Assembly: GCA_964504985.1 (NCBI GenBank)
Contig: CAZDFU010000003.1
Location: forward strand, 822 to 64,821
DNA length: 64,000 bases
From: an uncultured Gammaproteobacteria bacterium
Lineage (GTDB): Bacteria; Patescibacteriota; Microgenomatia; Daviesbacterales; UBA10151
Direction of reading: 5' to 3'
Position numbers and translations under genes: made by a program. The notes under the pieces were generated by a model that searched no databases, was not told the DNA's origin, and worked only from the letters and a program-made list of their open reading frames with translations. This document shows, piece after piece, positions 23,670 to 33,712 of this stretch (position 1 is the stretch's first letter; each line of letters opens with the position of its first letter).

Positions 23670-24602
23670 ATGGCTAGTTTAGAAAGCCCTGATCTTTCAA
23701 TTATTATCCTAAATTATAATGTTAAGGAGCTATTATTAAAATGTTTGGAGTCTATTTTTAAAGACCCTAATTCTAAAAACTGGCAGGTTATTGTGGTGGA
23801 TAATGCTTCAGAGGATGGTTCTGCAGAAGCTGTTAAGAAAAAATATCTGAATTCCCAAATCCAAGTTGAAGTTGTGGAAAGCAAGGAAAATCTGGGCTTT
23901 GCAGGAGGTAATAATTTAGGAGTAAAATATGCCAAAGCTCAGGCTGTTTTATTTTTAAATCCAGATACTTTGGTTGTGGGAGATGCTGTCTCTAAATCTT
24001 TGGAGTTTTTGTTATCTAACCCAGATATAGGAGCCCTAACTTGCAGAGTGGAGCTGCCTGATGGGAAACTAGATTACTCCTGTCACAGAGGTTTCCCTAC
24101 TCCCTGGAATTCTTTTGCTTATTTTAGTGGTCTTTCTAGAGTTTTTCCCCGTTTCCGGCTGTTTTCAGGATACACTGCCTCTTATCAAAATATTAAAACC
24201 ATACATGAGATAGATTGTTTAACTGGAGCATATCTTATGGTTAGAAAAATTGCCGGTGATCAAATAAATTGGTGGGATGAAGATTATTTTTGGAATGGTG
24301 AAGATATTGAATTTTGTTACTCTTTAAAAGAAAAAGGTTGGAAAATATTTTTTTATCCAGAGGCAAAAATTATTCATTATAAAGGTTCATCCTCTGGTCT
24401 CTGGTCTTCTAAAGCAGTTTCTGTTGAGAAAGAGAAAATGTTTACCAGCGCTTCTCATGCAGCTTCAGCCATGAGGATTTTTTATATGAAGCATTACTTT
24501 AAAAAATACCCGGTAGTTTTAAGGGAATTTATTTTATGGGGAATTAAATCTTTGGAACACTTCAGAAAGTTTAAAATCAGAGTGGGGTTAAGGTATAAGT
24601 GA
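23670..24602 (+). CDS. GT2 family glycosyltransferase (rhamnosyltransferase-like)
   Basis: IIILNYN, VVDNASEDGS, NLGFAGGNN, FLNPDT, GEDIEFC. Confidence 0.92.
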   Translation: MASLESPDLSIIILNYNVKELLLKCLESIFKDPNSKNWQVIVVDNASEDGSAEAVKKKYLNSQIQVEVVESKENLGFAGGNNLGVKYAKAQAVLFLNPDTLVVGDAVSKSLEFLLSNPDIGALTCRVELPDGKLDYSCHRGFPTPWNSFAYFSGLSRVFPRFRLFSGYTASYQNIKTIHEIDCLTGAYLMVRKIAGDQINWWDEDYFWNGEDIEFCYSLKEKGWKIFFYPEAKIIHYKGSSSGLWSSKAVSVEKEKMFTSASHAASAMRIFYMKHYFKKYPVVLREFILWGIKSLEHFRKFKIRVGLRYK

Positions 24603-24603
24603 C

Positions 24604-25491
24604 ATGGATTTATCAATAATAATACTAAGCTATAATACAAAAGATATTACCGGTCAATGTTTACTGAAGTTAAAGAGTGCTGTAGACAGTTTACAAAAGA
24701 AAACAGGCAATAATGCAGAGGTCATTGTTTTGGATAATGCTTCATCAGACGGATCTGTTGAAATGATTAAAACCAATTACCCCTGGGTTCAGCTAATTGA
24801 ATCAAAAGAAAATACAGGGTTTTCCAGGGGCAATAATTTAGCATTTAAAAAAACCAGATACCCCAATATTTTATTTTTAAACTCTGATGTTTATGTTGGC
24901 GAGGATACATTAATTAAAAGTTTGGAATATTTTAAAAATCATGGTTGTAATGTCTTGGGAGTTAGGCTTGTTTTTGAAAATGGAAAATTCCAACCCTCGG
25001 CCGGAAATTTACCAACACCAATTAATACTATTTTTTGGATATTAGGATTTGGACAACTGTTTAACCCATTTCATCCTAAAAGTGAGAATTTTTTTTCCCA
25101 GGAAAGAGAAGTAGGTTGGATTATGGGAGCATTTTTTATGATTAAAAGAGAAACTTTTATCAGTGCTGGTGGATTTGATGAGAATATTTTTATGTATATG
25201 GATGAGATTGATCTTTGCAAAAGGGTTTCAGATCTGGGTTTTAAGATCTGCTATGCCCCAGTTACTGAGGCAGTCCATCTGCACAGGGCCAGCAGCAAGG
25301 ATAATCCTGAGAAAGCCTTTACATTGGAGCTTAAGGGTATGAAGGTTTATCTTAAAAAATATCATGGATCCTGGTATCAGGTAATTAAATTATTTTTGAT
25401 CCTTGGGTTGGTTTTAAGAGTGATTGCTTTTTCCTTGTTTGGAAGAACAGCTAGAGCTAGGGCTTATATTGAAGGACTAAAAGAAGTATGA
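24604..25491 (+). CDS. GT2 family glycosyltransferase
   Basis: VLDNASSDGS, NTGFSRGNN, FLNSD, GGFDENIFMY. Confidence 0.92.
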   Translation: MDLSIIILSYNTKDITGQCLLKLKSAVDSLQKKTGNNAEVIVLDNASSDGSVEMIKTNYPWVQLIESKENTGFSRGNNLAFKKTRYPNILFLNSDVYVGEDTLIKSLEYFKNHGCNVLGVRLVFENGKFQPSAGNLPTPINTIFWILGFGQLFNPFHPKSENFFSQEREVGWIMGAFFMIKRETFISAGGFDENIFMYMDEIDLCKRVSDLGFKICYAPVTEAVHLHRASSKDNPEKAFTLELKGMKVYLKKYHGSWYQVIKLFLILGLVLRVIAFSLFGRTARARAYIEGLKEV

Positions 25492-27269
25492 AAATTGCAA
25501 TTATTACACTTAATTACAATGGTAAAGAAGATACTTTGGAGTTACTAAATTCTTTAAAAAAACTAAGATCTAAAATCTATGATCTTAAAACTATAGTAGT
25601 GGATAATGCTTCAGAAGATGGAAGCGTGGGCGCTATTCACAAGGCTTTCCCTGAAGTAGATATTCTCCAGACAGGAGAAAATTTAGGCTTTGGACAGGGA
25701 TATAATAAAGGTTTTGAATATGCCAAAATCTGGGGGCCTGACTATTACTTGCTGATAAACAATGACTCAAAAATAGAAGACCCTAAACTTTTAGATAAGT
25801 TGCTGCAGGTATTTAAAAAAGATCCAAAAATTGGGATGGTTGCTCCTAAGATTTTATTTGAAAAGGGGTTTGAGTTTCATAAAGACAGGTACTCAAGTGA
25901 TGATTTAGGAAAAGTTATATGGTATGGGGGTGGTTTTATGGATTGGAATAATATACGCTCAGTTCACAGGGGCATAGATGAAGTTGATAGGGGTCAGTAT
26001 TCAGAAGTGGAAGAAGTGGGTTTTATCAGTGGTGCCTGTTTTTTAATTAAAAAAGAAGTTTTAGAAAAAGTTGGTGGATTCAGTGGAGATTATTTTCTAT
26101 ATTTTGAGGATGCCCAATTTTGTAAAAAAGTTTTAGAAGCAGGATATAAGTTATATTACTGCGGGCAAACTGTAATCAACCATAAAGTATCCCGTTCCAC
26201 AGGCATTGGTTCCAGCTTAACTGATTATTACCATACCAGGAATAGGCTTATTTTTGGCATGAAATATGGAAGGTTTAGGGCAAAGTTTGCCCTGGTTAGA
26301 GAAGCTATCAAGTTGTTGCTTATTGGCAGGCCTGCCCAAAGAAAAGGATTACTGGATTTTTATCTGGGAATAAGAGGAAAAGGAGAAGAGTCCCCAGGTG
26401 TCCCAACCGTGTATCCGTTAAAACTGTCCATTGGAATTGTTAATTATAAAACAGCCCAATTAACAAAAAAACTACTGGAAAGTATCTTTAAAAAAGATTC
26501 AGGATTTGATTCCAAAACAATGGAAGTTATAGTTTTGGACAATGGGTCAGAAGATAATTGTAAAGAAGCTATAAAAGAATTTTTGCCCAGGATAAAATAT
26601 CTGGAAAATAAAGAAAATGAAGGGTTTAGCAGAGGTTATAATAAAACCATAAACTTCTCTTTGGGTAAACATTATTTAATGTTTAACTCTGATATTGAAG
26701 TATTACCAGGCAGCTTATCTGAAATCCTTAAGGCAGCAGAGCATTTTGAGGGAAAGGCAGTTTTATCTGGGAAACTATTTTTTCCAGATAAAACAGATCA
26801 GGATTCTGTCTATCACTTGCCTACCCTTTCTGGCGCTTTTGATGAATATTTCTTAGGTAAGAATGGATCTTATTTTATGTACCTGCCTCGCCATAAGGCG
26901 GGTCAGCCAAAGTCTGAAGAATATACAAAAGTAGAAGGAGCAGTAATGGCTTGTTTTTTGATACCAAAATATATTTTAAATAAAGTAGGGCTTTTGGATG
27001 AGCAGACTTTTATTTATTTTGAGGATATAGAATATTGCAGGCGTTTAAAAAAGTTTGGATTCCCTGTTTATTTTGTACCTTCTGCCCATTTTATTCATCA
27101 CCATGGTGCTTCATCTAAAACTATAGGAGTTGATAAATCCCAGGCTCTTTTACAAAAAGCAGCCAGGCATTACCATGGAGGTTTTTATTATTTTCTCCTC
27201 TCCTGGGTATTGAGGTTAGGCCAGAAATTTGGCAGGGTTCAAACCCCTGTATCAAGGTGGACTAAATAA
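25488..27269 (+). CDS. Double-domain GT2 glycosyltransferase
   Basis: Two complete GT2 motif sets: DNASEDGS/INND/YFED and DNGSED/FNSD/YFED. Confidence 0.92.
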   Translation: MKIAIITLNYNGKEDTLELLNSLKKLRSKIYDLKTIVVDNASEDGSVGAIHKAFPEVDILQTGENLGFGQGYNKGFEYAKIWGPDYYLLINNDSKIEDPKLLDKLLQVFKKDPKIGMVAPKILFEKGFEFHKDRYSSDDLGKVIWYGGGFMDWNNIRSVHRGIDEVDRGQYSEVEEVGFISGACFLIKKEVLEKVGGFSGDYFLYFEDAQFCKKVLEAGYKLYYCGQTVINHKVSRSTGIGSSLTDYYHTRNRLIFGMKYGRFRAKFALVREAIKLLLIGRPAQRKGLLDFYLGIRGKGEESPGVPTVYPLKLSIGIVNYKTAQLTKKLLESIFKKDSGFDSKTMEVIVLDNGSEDNCKEAIKEFLPRIKYLENKENEGFSRGYNKTINFSLGKHYLMFNSDIEVLPGSLSEILKAAEHFEGKAVLSGKLFFPDKTDQDSVYHLPTLSGAFDEYFLGKNGSYFMYLPRHKAGQPKSEEYTKVEGAVMACFLIPKYILNKVGLLDEQTFIYFEDIEYCRRLKKFGFPVYFVPSAHFIHHHGASSKTIGVDKSQALLQKAARHYHGGFYYFLLSWVLRLGQKFGRVQTPVSRWTK

Positions 27270-27281
27270 GAAAATACTTTT

Positions 27282-27530
27282 ATGATAGAAAGAGAAACGC
27301 CAGTAGAAACAAGAGAACCAACTTTAAGCGCAGAAGTTTATTCACCGTCAAAGTTTACAAGGGCTTTAATGGCAGGGTTAATTACTTTTGTTGTGGCTGA
27401 TATTATTCTTTCATCTGCTTTACCAGCTTTTAGTTTCTCAACTGAATCTGCTAATAGGATTGCCATAATTGCTGCCTTAATCCCAGCTGCAGCTGCTTAT
27501 TATTTTGTTAATAGGAAAAAGGATAAATAA
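27282..27530 (+). CDS. Small 2-TM membrane protein
   Basis: 82 aa; two hydrophobic helices. Confidence 0.65.
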   Translation: MIERETPVETREPTLSAEVYSPSKFTRALMAGLITFVVADIILSSALPAFSFSTESANRIAIIAALIPAAAAYYFVNRKKDK

Positions 27531-27573
27531 AAGCCTCTTGACTAGTTTTATTTTAAATGCCAATAATTAATTA

Positions 27574-27822
27574 ATGTCCAAACAAAAAGGTGCAATTGTA
27601 CCTTTAGTTTTAATTATAATCATTATTATCCTGGCTGTTTTAGCTTTTATATTTATATCACAAAATAAGTTCAATCAAACTAATGAGTCAAAATCTCCCC
27701 AAACAGCTGCCGGTTCAAGTTATCTTAAAGAACAATATCAGAACCCTTTTGAAGAAAAAAGCCAATATGAAAATCCATTCTCAGAAGATTCTTACCAGAA
27801 TCCTTTTGATAACCTTAAATGA
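27574..27822 (+). CDS. Small protein with pilin-like N-terminus and 3x Y(Q/E)NPF repeat
   Basis: MSKQKG|AIVPLVLIIIII class III-like signal; YQNPF, YENPF, YQNPF. Confidence 0.65.
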   Translation: MSKQKGAIVPLVLIIIIIILAVLAFIFISQNKFNQTNESKSPQTAAGSSYLKEQYQNPFEEKSQYENPFSEDSYQNPFDNLK

Positions 27823-29012
27823 TTAAAATATTTAAAATTACCAGGACTGGGGTTGTGGCTTTTTTGGCAGCCTTAATTTTGAGTTTTATCTTTGTTTCTT
27901 TAACTTATGCACATGAAGGTGAAGACCATGAAGAAGAAAACCCTGAACAGGCGGCTAAAAAATATAATCTAACTTTTCCTATAACAGAACTTGGGGGATG
28001 TCAAAATTATGCAGCCTGCAGGTCTTATTGTGAGTCTGAGGCTAATAGGGATCAGTGTACTTCCTATGCCAAGAAAAAGGGATTCTACCAGGAGAGAAGA
28101 AAAGAAGAAGGAATAATTAATGAAGCTAAATCCCAGTTAGGTTGTGATTCAGAATCCTCCTGCAGGGCTGTTTGTGAGAAAGAAGAAAATATTGAAAAGT
28201 GTTCTGCATTTGCCCAAAAGCATAATTTAGGGGGGCCCAGAGGAAAGCCGGGTGATAGGAATATATTACAAAAAGCCAAAGAAATTTTGGGATGTGATTC
28301 AGAGCAGTCTTGCAGGTCAGTTTGTGAGAATCCTGCCAACCAGGACAAATGTTCTACTTTTGCTGCTCAAACTGGTTTAGGTGGAGGGGTTAGAAGGGTT
28401 GGGCCTGGAGGGTGTAATTCTGAAGAAAGCTGCAGGAGTTTTTGTGAGAAAAATATTGATGAATGCAGAAAGTTTGGAGGAGGGCCCCCTGAGGGGTATG
28501 ATAGTGGCAGAAAAGGTCCTGGCGGGTGTAATTCTGAGGAGTCTTGTAATGCTTATTGTCAGTCTAATCCAGAAGAGTGTGCAAAATTAGGAGGAGGTAC
28601 TGGAAATTTTGGAGGAGGAAGAAGGGGTCCTGGAGGGTGTGATAGTGAGGAATCTTGTAGAAGATATTGTGAGGCAAATCCTAAAGAATGTGGTATTGGT
28701 GAAAGAGGTGTTAGAGATCAAAGAGAGGGTTTTGAAAGAGAAGGAAGAAGGGATTTTAGACCTGAGAATAATCAGAGACCAACAGAAAATTATCAAAGAG
28801 AAGAATTTAGGTCTTCCCAGGAGTACCAAAGACCAGTTGAGGATCAGTACCAGCAGCCTCAAACATATGAACTCCCCAGACAAGACACTCAGCCTGCTGA
28901 ATCTTTTCAAAGGGAATCATCATCAGATACTTTCACTAATACAACCCAAGAAGTTAGAGGGGCTTCAACAGGAAGAAATCTATTCCAACAAATCTTAGAT
29001 TTCTTGTTTTAG
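27819..29012 (+). CDS. Secreted Cys-rich repeat protein (GC-x5-C-x3-C repeats)
   Basis: Signal peptide ending TYA|HEGEDH; six repeats such as GPGGCNSEESCRSFCEKNIDEC. Confidence 0.8.
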   Translation: MIKIFKITRTGVVAFLAALILSFIFVSLTYAHEGEDHEEENPEQAAKKYNLTFPITELGGCQNYAACRSYCESEANRDQCTSYAKKKGFYQERRKEEGIINEAKSQLGCDSESSCRAVCEKEENIEKCSAFAQKHNLGGPRGKPGDRNILQKAKEILGCDSEQSCRSVCENPANQDKCSTFAAQTGLGGGVRRVGPGGCNSEESCRSFCEKNIDECRKFGGGPPEGYDSGRKGPGGCNSEESCNAYCQSNPEECAKLGGGTGNFGGGRRGPGGCDSEESCRRYCEANPKECGIGERGVRDQREGFEREGRRDFRPENNQRPTENYQREEFRSSQEYQRPVEDQYQQPQTYELPRQDTQPAESFQRESSSDTFTNTTQEVRGASTGRNLFQQILDFLF

Positions 29013-29247
29013 AATTCTTGTAATGATTCTAAATAGAAACAGTACTTGAGGGTCTGGAGGGAAGATAGATAGCGTTCCTTTCGGGAAACTAACAGCGCAA
29101 GCGCGGTACTAATCCTTCATCGTCGATAATTGTAAAGATTGTCTGGATAAATCCAGCCAACCTTAAAAAGTCCACCTGATAGACGTTAGTCTAACCTTAA
29201 TTCCTAATTTTCTTTTGAAGAGCTGGTGATATATAAACAACAGTCCT

Positions 29248-29622
29248 TTAGGTAAACAATTTACGAACATCCTCTAAAATCTTACTCTTAATTGTTGGAG
29301 TTAATTGACCAACGGCATCTTTAATAATAGTCGCATCTGCTGTAAATAATTTATCTGGTCGTACAAAACTTACGACTGGTAAACTACCCTTAGAAAAATC
29401 TTCAGATTTAATACTGATAGCTATTTTGCTTGTATAAGGTTTTGAGGTAATTTGGCATAAAATAAGAAAATCTTGATGCTTCGCATTAAAATTATCAAAC
29501 TCAACATTTGCTAAAACCAATGCTGGACGAACTTTCCGGCCTTTTAAATTGGAGAATGGAAATGTAACTAAAACAACACTTCCTACTCGCAGAGAAGTTC
29601 TGTTTACTGTAAGCTTGCCCAT
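29248..29622 (-). CDS. mazF: PemK/MazF family toxin
   Basis: GSVVLVTFPFSNL...KVRPALVL, ILCQITS, SFVRPDKLFT. Confidence 0.9.
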   Translation of the reverse strand: MGKLTVNRTSLRVGSVVLVTFPFSNLKGRKVRPALVLANVEFDNFNAKHQDFLILCQITSKPYTSKIAISIKSEDFSKGSLPVVSFVRPDKLFTADATIIKDAVGQLTPTIKSKILEDVRKLFT

Positions 29623-29843
29623 GCTGTATCCTCTTCAGGTCTATCCCAATCAACCGCAAGAGTTTTTTCAGATAGCGATAATGTAGTTGTTGCAGAGGTA
29701 CTCTTTACAGGTGCTGGAACAATTCTTATTTCACCCTTTTTTACCTGTAATTCAACCTGTTCCCCAAGGCCACTTTCTTCAAGCGCGGGTTTAGGTATAC
29801 GTATTCCACGAGAATTTCCTATTTCAATAATTGTTGTTATCAT
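29604..29843 (-). CDS. mazE: AbrB/MazE family antitoxin
   Basis: IGNSRGIRIPK; overlaps and precedes the toxin. Confidence 0.92.
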   Translation of the reverse strand: MITTIIEIGNSRGIRIPKPALEESGLGEQVELQVKKGEIRIVPAPVKSTSATTTLSLSEKTLAVDWDRPEEDTAWASLQ

Positions 29844-29844
29844 A

Positions 29845-29890
29845 CTTCGATTTCACTCAGTATGACCCTGAGTATTTGTCGAATGGGTCA
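29845..29890. repeat. Palindromic element of the CTTCGA...CTCAG family
   Basis: acttcgatttcactcagtatgaccctgagtatttgtcgaatgggtca; related to 14470-14502 and 33625-33649. Confidence 0.6.
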
Positions 29891-30097
29891 TAGTAATTAC
29901 ATTGTACCTACGCAGAATAATGTTGTCAAGTCCATCTGGTAGACATTAGTCGGACTATTATCCCTAATTTATTATTTGACGAGTTTGCATTATATCGGTC
30001 GCTTCCTAGTTCTTCTTGATCCTTTCTTTTAATTGCTCAGAAGTTAACTTCTTAAATGTTTGGATAGCAATATTGGCTAGCTTATTTTAGTGTCTAT

Positions 30098-32326
30098 CTA
30101 AGCCCTTAACTTTATACCGGCTTCAATCATTGTTTGAATAAATACTTGCGTTCCTTCTTCAGTTAGTACTTCTATGGGGCCTCTGGGAGATTCAAATCTA
30201 TCGGCGAAATATTCAGGATGGTTCTCTTTAAATGATATGATCACTTTTCTGGCTTTATCCACAACTAGTGGTTGAGTGCCTTTAAATAAACGCTTTAAAT
30301 TTTTATGATTTAATCGTAAACCAACGTCAGGTTTATCTGTTGATTTTTTCGGCTCATTATTTTTAATTCTAACCCCCATATCTACCATAGCTTGGATAAA
30401 TCTTTCCCTACCCTCAGCTGTGATAACCTCAACTTCAATTCCGCCGTTACTTCTTCTGCTTAAGTATTCAGGATGTTGATCATGAAGCTGATTTTTTACC
30501 TGATCTACAAATTGGAGTATCCTATTATGGTGGCCTTTAAATATTAGCATTAATCCTCTCTGTGATAAGACTAAATCTGTATCCTGCACTACTTCTAGTT
30601 GATGATCCCTTAATTTTACTCCGGCTTCGAGCATTGCTTTTATAAAAACAGCTCTACCTTCAGTTGTCACAACATCGACCTCTCGAAAATGTTTATTTAT
30701 CCTTTTTGTAAAATACTCTGGATGCTCATCCTCTAATTGTTTTTTGACCCGAGAATATAGTTGAAACAATCTTCTATAATCACCAACAAAGATAACGTTG
30801 TCTGGACTTTGTGGAGACAATACTATTTCACCATCTTTAACATCAAATAAACCTTTCCTTTCTAACTCTCTTATGGGCTTTACATCAGCTTGGGTTTTGA
30901 AGTTGGTAATAGCTGGTAGATTTTTAAGTCCTTCGATGTCAGTTTCTGGACCTAAATACAATAATCCATTTTCCAGTTGTCTTACATTTCCTTTCATCCA
31001 CATTGCCATGTTATATGACCAAGAATATTGGCTGGTTTGATACAAACAGTCAACTATAACTCCAAATAGTTTTCCATTAGTTCTTCTGGCTAGTCTTCCT
31101 GTATATTGGGTATATCTTAGTTCGGAATCTGTTGGTGAAGCCCATACTAGAACTTCGGTGAATGGAGCATCAAATCCCTCTGATGCTACATAGGGTGAAA
31201 TTAATACTTGTATTGCTTTTTCGTCAGCCTCTGGTAGTTTATATCTCTCAATTGAATCTATAGCTGGAATTTGTTCAGTATGTATAGCTTTAGCGACTGG
31301 TTTATTTATAGCAACTCCAACTTTGATGCCCCTATCATATAAAAGTTGAGCTAATTCCTCTGCTTCCCATACATAATTACAAGCTATAACTGTTTTATAA
31401 TTCTTTCCAGAAGGATCTTTAATGATATTGGATACTCGATCAGCTATAAATGGTCTTAATTCAGGGCTCTTTTTAAGTAATTGCTCCAGTTTTTTATAAT
31501 CTATTCTCCCGAGTGCTGTTACTGGAATTTCATCAACAAGATCTTGGGTGTTAATTTGAAGTCCTAAGAGAGGAGGTAAAAATCTTTCTTCTTGAGCTTC
31601 AGGTAAAGGTAAAGATTCAATAACAATAAATCCATATTGCTCAGGCCTTTTCATGCTACCCGAGTGACGATAAGGAGTAGCGGTAAAACCAACTAATCTA
31701 TTGAACTGATTGATAGATTCTAATCTAGGTTCTGTTCCAACATTATGGGCTTCGTCAATAACTACCAAATCATAATCTTCGGGATTTAGAGTTCCTTTGT
31801 TTAATGCTGACTGAACAGTTTGTATCGTTGCGATTTGTACATTGACATCATCACTTTTACCATATTTACCAATAGTATAGAGAAAGGAGTGAGATTCTTC
31901 TAGAAGTCTCTCCTCCTCTTCGGTATTAGTTGTTTCATCAGTTAGACTTTGGTCTTGTTCTGATTCAATATAACTAGGTTCTTTCTCATTTTGTGGAGGT
32001 TGTTGATAACCAGATAATGAATCATGAGCCTGATCTACTAATACAAGCTTTGTCCCCGCTACAACTAAAACTTTAGAATCAGGCTTTCTTCTTATTTGTT
32101 GCTCTATAACCAAATGAGTAATTCTCCCTTTACCAATACCGGTTGCCATAGCAATCATAGGAAAATGATCTTCAGGGTTCTTGTTATCTAAATAATCCCT
32201 CAATTTTGAGGCTGCTCTTTCTTGTAGGAAATTTAACCTTTGTTGCTGATCAGGTGTAAGTAATCCATCTCGGTTAATTTCTCCTGTTGAGCCATAAATA
32301 ATACGTTCTGCTCCATTATCTACCAT
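30098..32326 (-). CDS. SF2 (type III restriction/DEAH-like) helicase with three C-terminal tandem repeats
   Basis: MATGIGKG, VIDEAH, GFTATP, SEGFDAP, QYTGRLAR; 3x HPEY...T.EG...FI..M...G repeats. Confidence 0.85.
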   Translation of the reverse strand: MVDNGAERIIYGSTGEINRDGLLTPDQQQRLNFLQERAASKLRDYLDNKNPEDHFPMIAMATGIGKGRITHLVIEQQIRRKPDSKVLVVAGTKLVLVDQAHDSLSGYQQPPQNEKEPSYIESEQDQSLTDETTNTEEEERLLEESHSFLYTIGKYGKSDDVNVQIATIQTVQSALNKGTLNPEDYDLVVIDEAHNVGTEPRLESINQFNRLVGFTATPYRHSGSMKRPEQYGFIVIESLPLPEAQEERFLPPLLGLQINTQDLVDEIPVTALGRIDYKKLEQLLKKSPELRPFIADRVSNIIKDPSGKNYKTVIACNYVWEAEELAQLLYDRGIKVGVAINKPVAKAIHTEQIPAIDSIERYKLPEADEKAIQVLISPYVASEGFDAPFTEVLVWASPTDSELRYTQYTGRLARRTNGKLFGVIVDCLYQTSQYSWSYNMAMWMKGNVRQLENGLLYLGPETDIEGLKNLPAITNFKTQADVKPIRELERKGLFDVKDGEIVLSPQSPDNVIFVGDYRRLFQLYSRVKKQLEDEHPEYFTKRINKHFREVDVVTTEGRAVFIKAMLEAGVKLRDHQLEVVQDTDLVLSQRGLMLIFKGHHNRILQFVDQVKNQLHDQHPEYLSRRSNGGIEVEVITAEGRERFIQAMVDMGVRIKNNEPKKSTDKPDVGLRLNHKNLKRLFKGTQPLVVDKARKVIISFKENHPEYFADRFESPRGPIEVLTEEGTQVFIQTMIEAGIKLRA

Positions 32327-32463
32327 AATTAAACGTATTATACCAAAATTGGGAGAATTTATAAACCTATAGTGTAATTGTCCTCTTAGTGGACACTGTT
32401 CGAACCATTATTCTTAACTTAAGTTTTAGTGAGGCTGAAGTATACAGACATTTACAGTTTTAA

Positions 32464-33300
32464 TTAAGATTCCATTTTAACTTCAAGCGGAAATTCATAA
32501 CCCCTTTTTGTTTTAACAAGAACTTTATAAACATTAGTACCTCCAACTGGTCTAAAACGATTCTGTTCTGGACTAGTTCTAGGTTCGATGTCAGAGAATA
32601 ATACTGAAATATCCCTAATATCTTCTGCTTCTATTTTTAATAGCTCATTTGGCTTCAGATTAGTATTAAGGGGATCGTCAAAAACAAAGTAAGTACTTCT
32701 CCAGGTTTCATTACCAGTATTTCCCTCCATTATTGCTCCGATATAATCTGATTTTGAACTGTTGGAGTTATCAATATGCAGGAATACCCGAAAGCTGAAA
32801 AACATATATCTTCCAGCAGAGTAGTTTTGCCAGCTAGTTGTATCTACTTTTAAGGTGACATCAATTGAAGGTTTTGGTTTCTTTTTTTCTGCCCACAATT
32901 TCTCCGAGGATTGCAGATTCCCTAACTCACCATGTTTAAGACACTCCTCAAGTAGAGTATTCATGCAATGGTTGGGTGGTAAATCCCCAATGTAATCTCT
33001 TTTGTTCGAAATTTGGGTATGAAGTGATGAATCCCCCTCATTCCGGAATTCTTGAAGTTTCTTAATGTTTGCTCTTTTAGAATTGTCCCAAGGGTATTGT
33101 GATACAACTTCAGTAAAGGTATTGAATCCCAAAAGAGGCGGTATGGTATCAATAATAGCTCGGAGTAAAGGAGCAGCAACGTATATAGCTTTACTATTCT
33201 TATTTAGGCCTTTTAACTGTTGAATTAATTTCGAATATTCAAAAGGACCCACCTTCTCTTTGAATTTTTGAATAATTCTTAAATCTACATAGCTACTCAT
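32464..33300 (-). CDS. Hypothetical protein, possible HEPN-like N-terminal domain
   Basis: Helical LLRAIID...FRNEGDSSLH R...H motif; island context. Confidence 0.45.
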   Translation of the reverse strand: MSSYVDLRIIQKFKEKVGPFEYSKLIQQLKGLNKNSKAIYVAAPLLRAIIDTIPPLLGFNTFTEVVSQYPWDNSKRANIKKLQEFRNEGDSSLHTQISNKRDYIGDLPPNHCMNTLLEECLKHGELGNLQSSEKLWAEKKKPKPSIDVTLKVDTTSWQNYSAGRYMFFSFRVFLHIDNSNSSKSDYIGAIMEGNTGNETWRSTYFVFDDPLNTNLKPNELLKIEAEDIRDISVLFSDIEPRTSPEQNRFRPVGGTNVYKVLVKTKRGYEFPLEVKMES

Positions 33301-33447
33301 GCGCTTATTTTACCATTAAGCTGGTTTAGAGAGTGATGTTTTATTAATGCTCTTATCAATTTTAGCAATAAATACCTTTTCTGCAGAGTCACCATTTAAA
33401 CTGGTAACTTTAATTTTAACTTTGCTTCTAGAGCTTTAGATAGGTAG

Positions 33448-33663
33448 GAAAACGGCACTGTAGAAGAAAAAAGAATAATATTACATGCGATTGGTTTAAG
33501 GCTTATTTTAAAAGATAAAAAACTAGAAATAACACCGAGGTCAATGTTCAAAGAGATACAAATTGCAACTGCTTTAGCTTCAAAAGGTTCGATTATTGAG
33601 GCATCTGTCCGGAGGGAAGGATTCCCTTCGACTACGCTCAGGGTAAACTGCTCATCCCTCTGA
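33448..33663 (+). pseudogene. C-terminal remnant of a large serine recombinase
   Basis: Startless frame ENGTVEEKRIILHAIGLRLILKDKKLEITP...SVRREGF reads into the duplicated tRNA-Tyr 3' end; same geometry as the intact recombinase at 57018. Confidence 0.55.
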
Positions 33664-33712
33664 TAATATTCGTCTCGTACGCTCGCATTGAGCGAGCTTG
33701 CGAGCCGAAATG

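Larger units (their letters stand above)
29052..33624. mobile_element. Degenerate genomic island at tRNA-Tyr 3' end
   Basis: 19-bp exact copy of the tRNA 3' end at 33606-33624 and a 12/13 copy at 29052-29064; cargo of TA pair, helicase and recombinase remnant. Confidence 0.6.

Noticed and set aside
28000-28700. Repeated GGGTGT(A/G)AT...GA(A/G)GA units as a possible CRISPR array
   Set aside because: Degenerate at third codon positions and in frame in a Cys-rich protein; no constant repeat-spacer structure and no cas genes.
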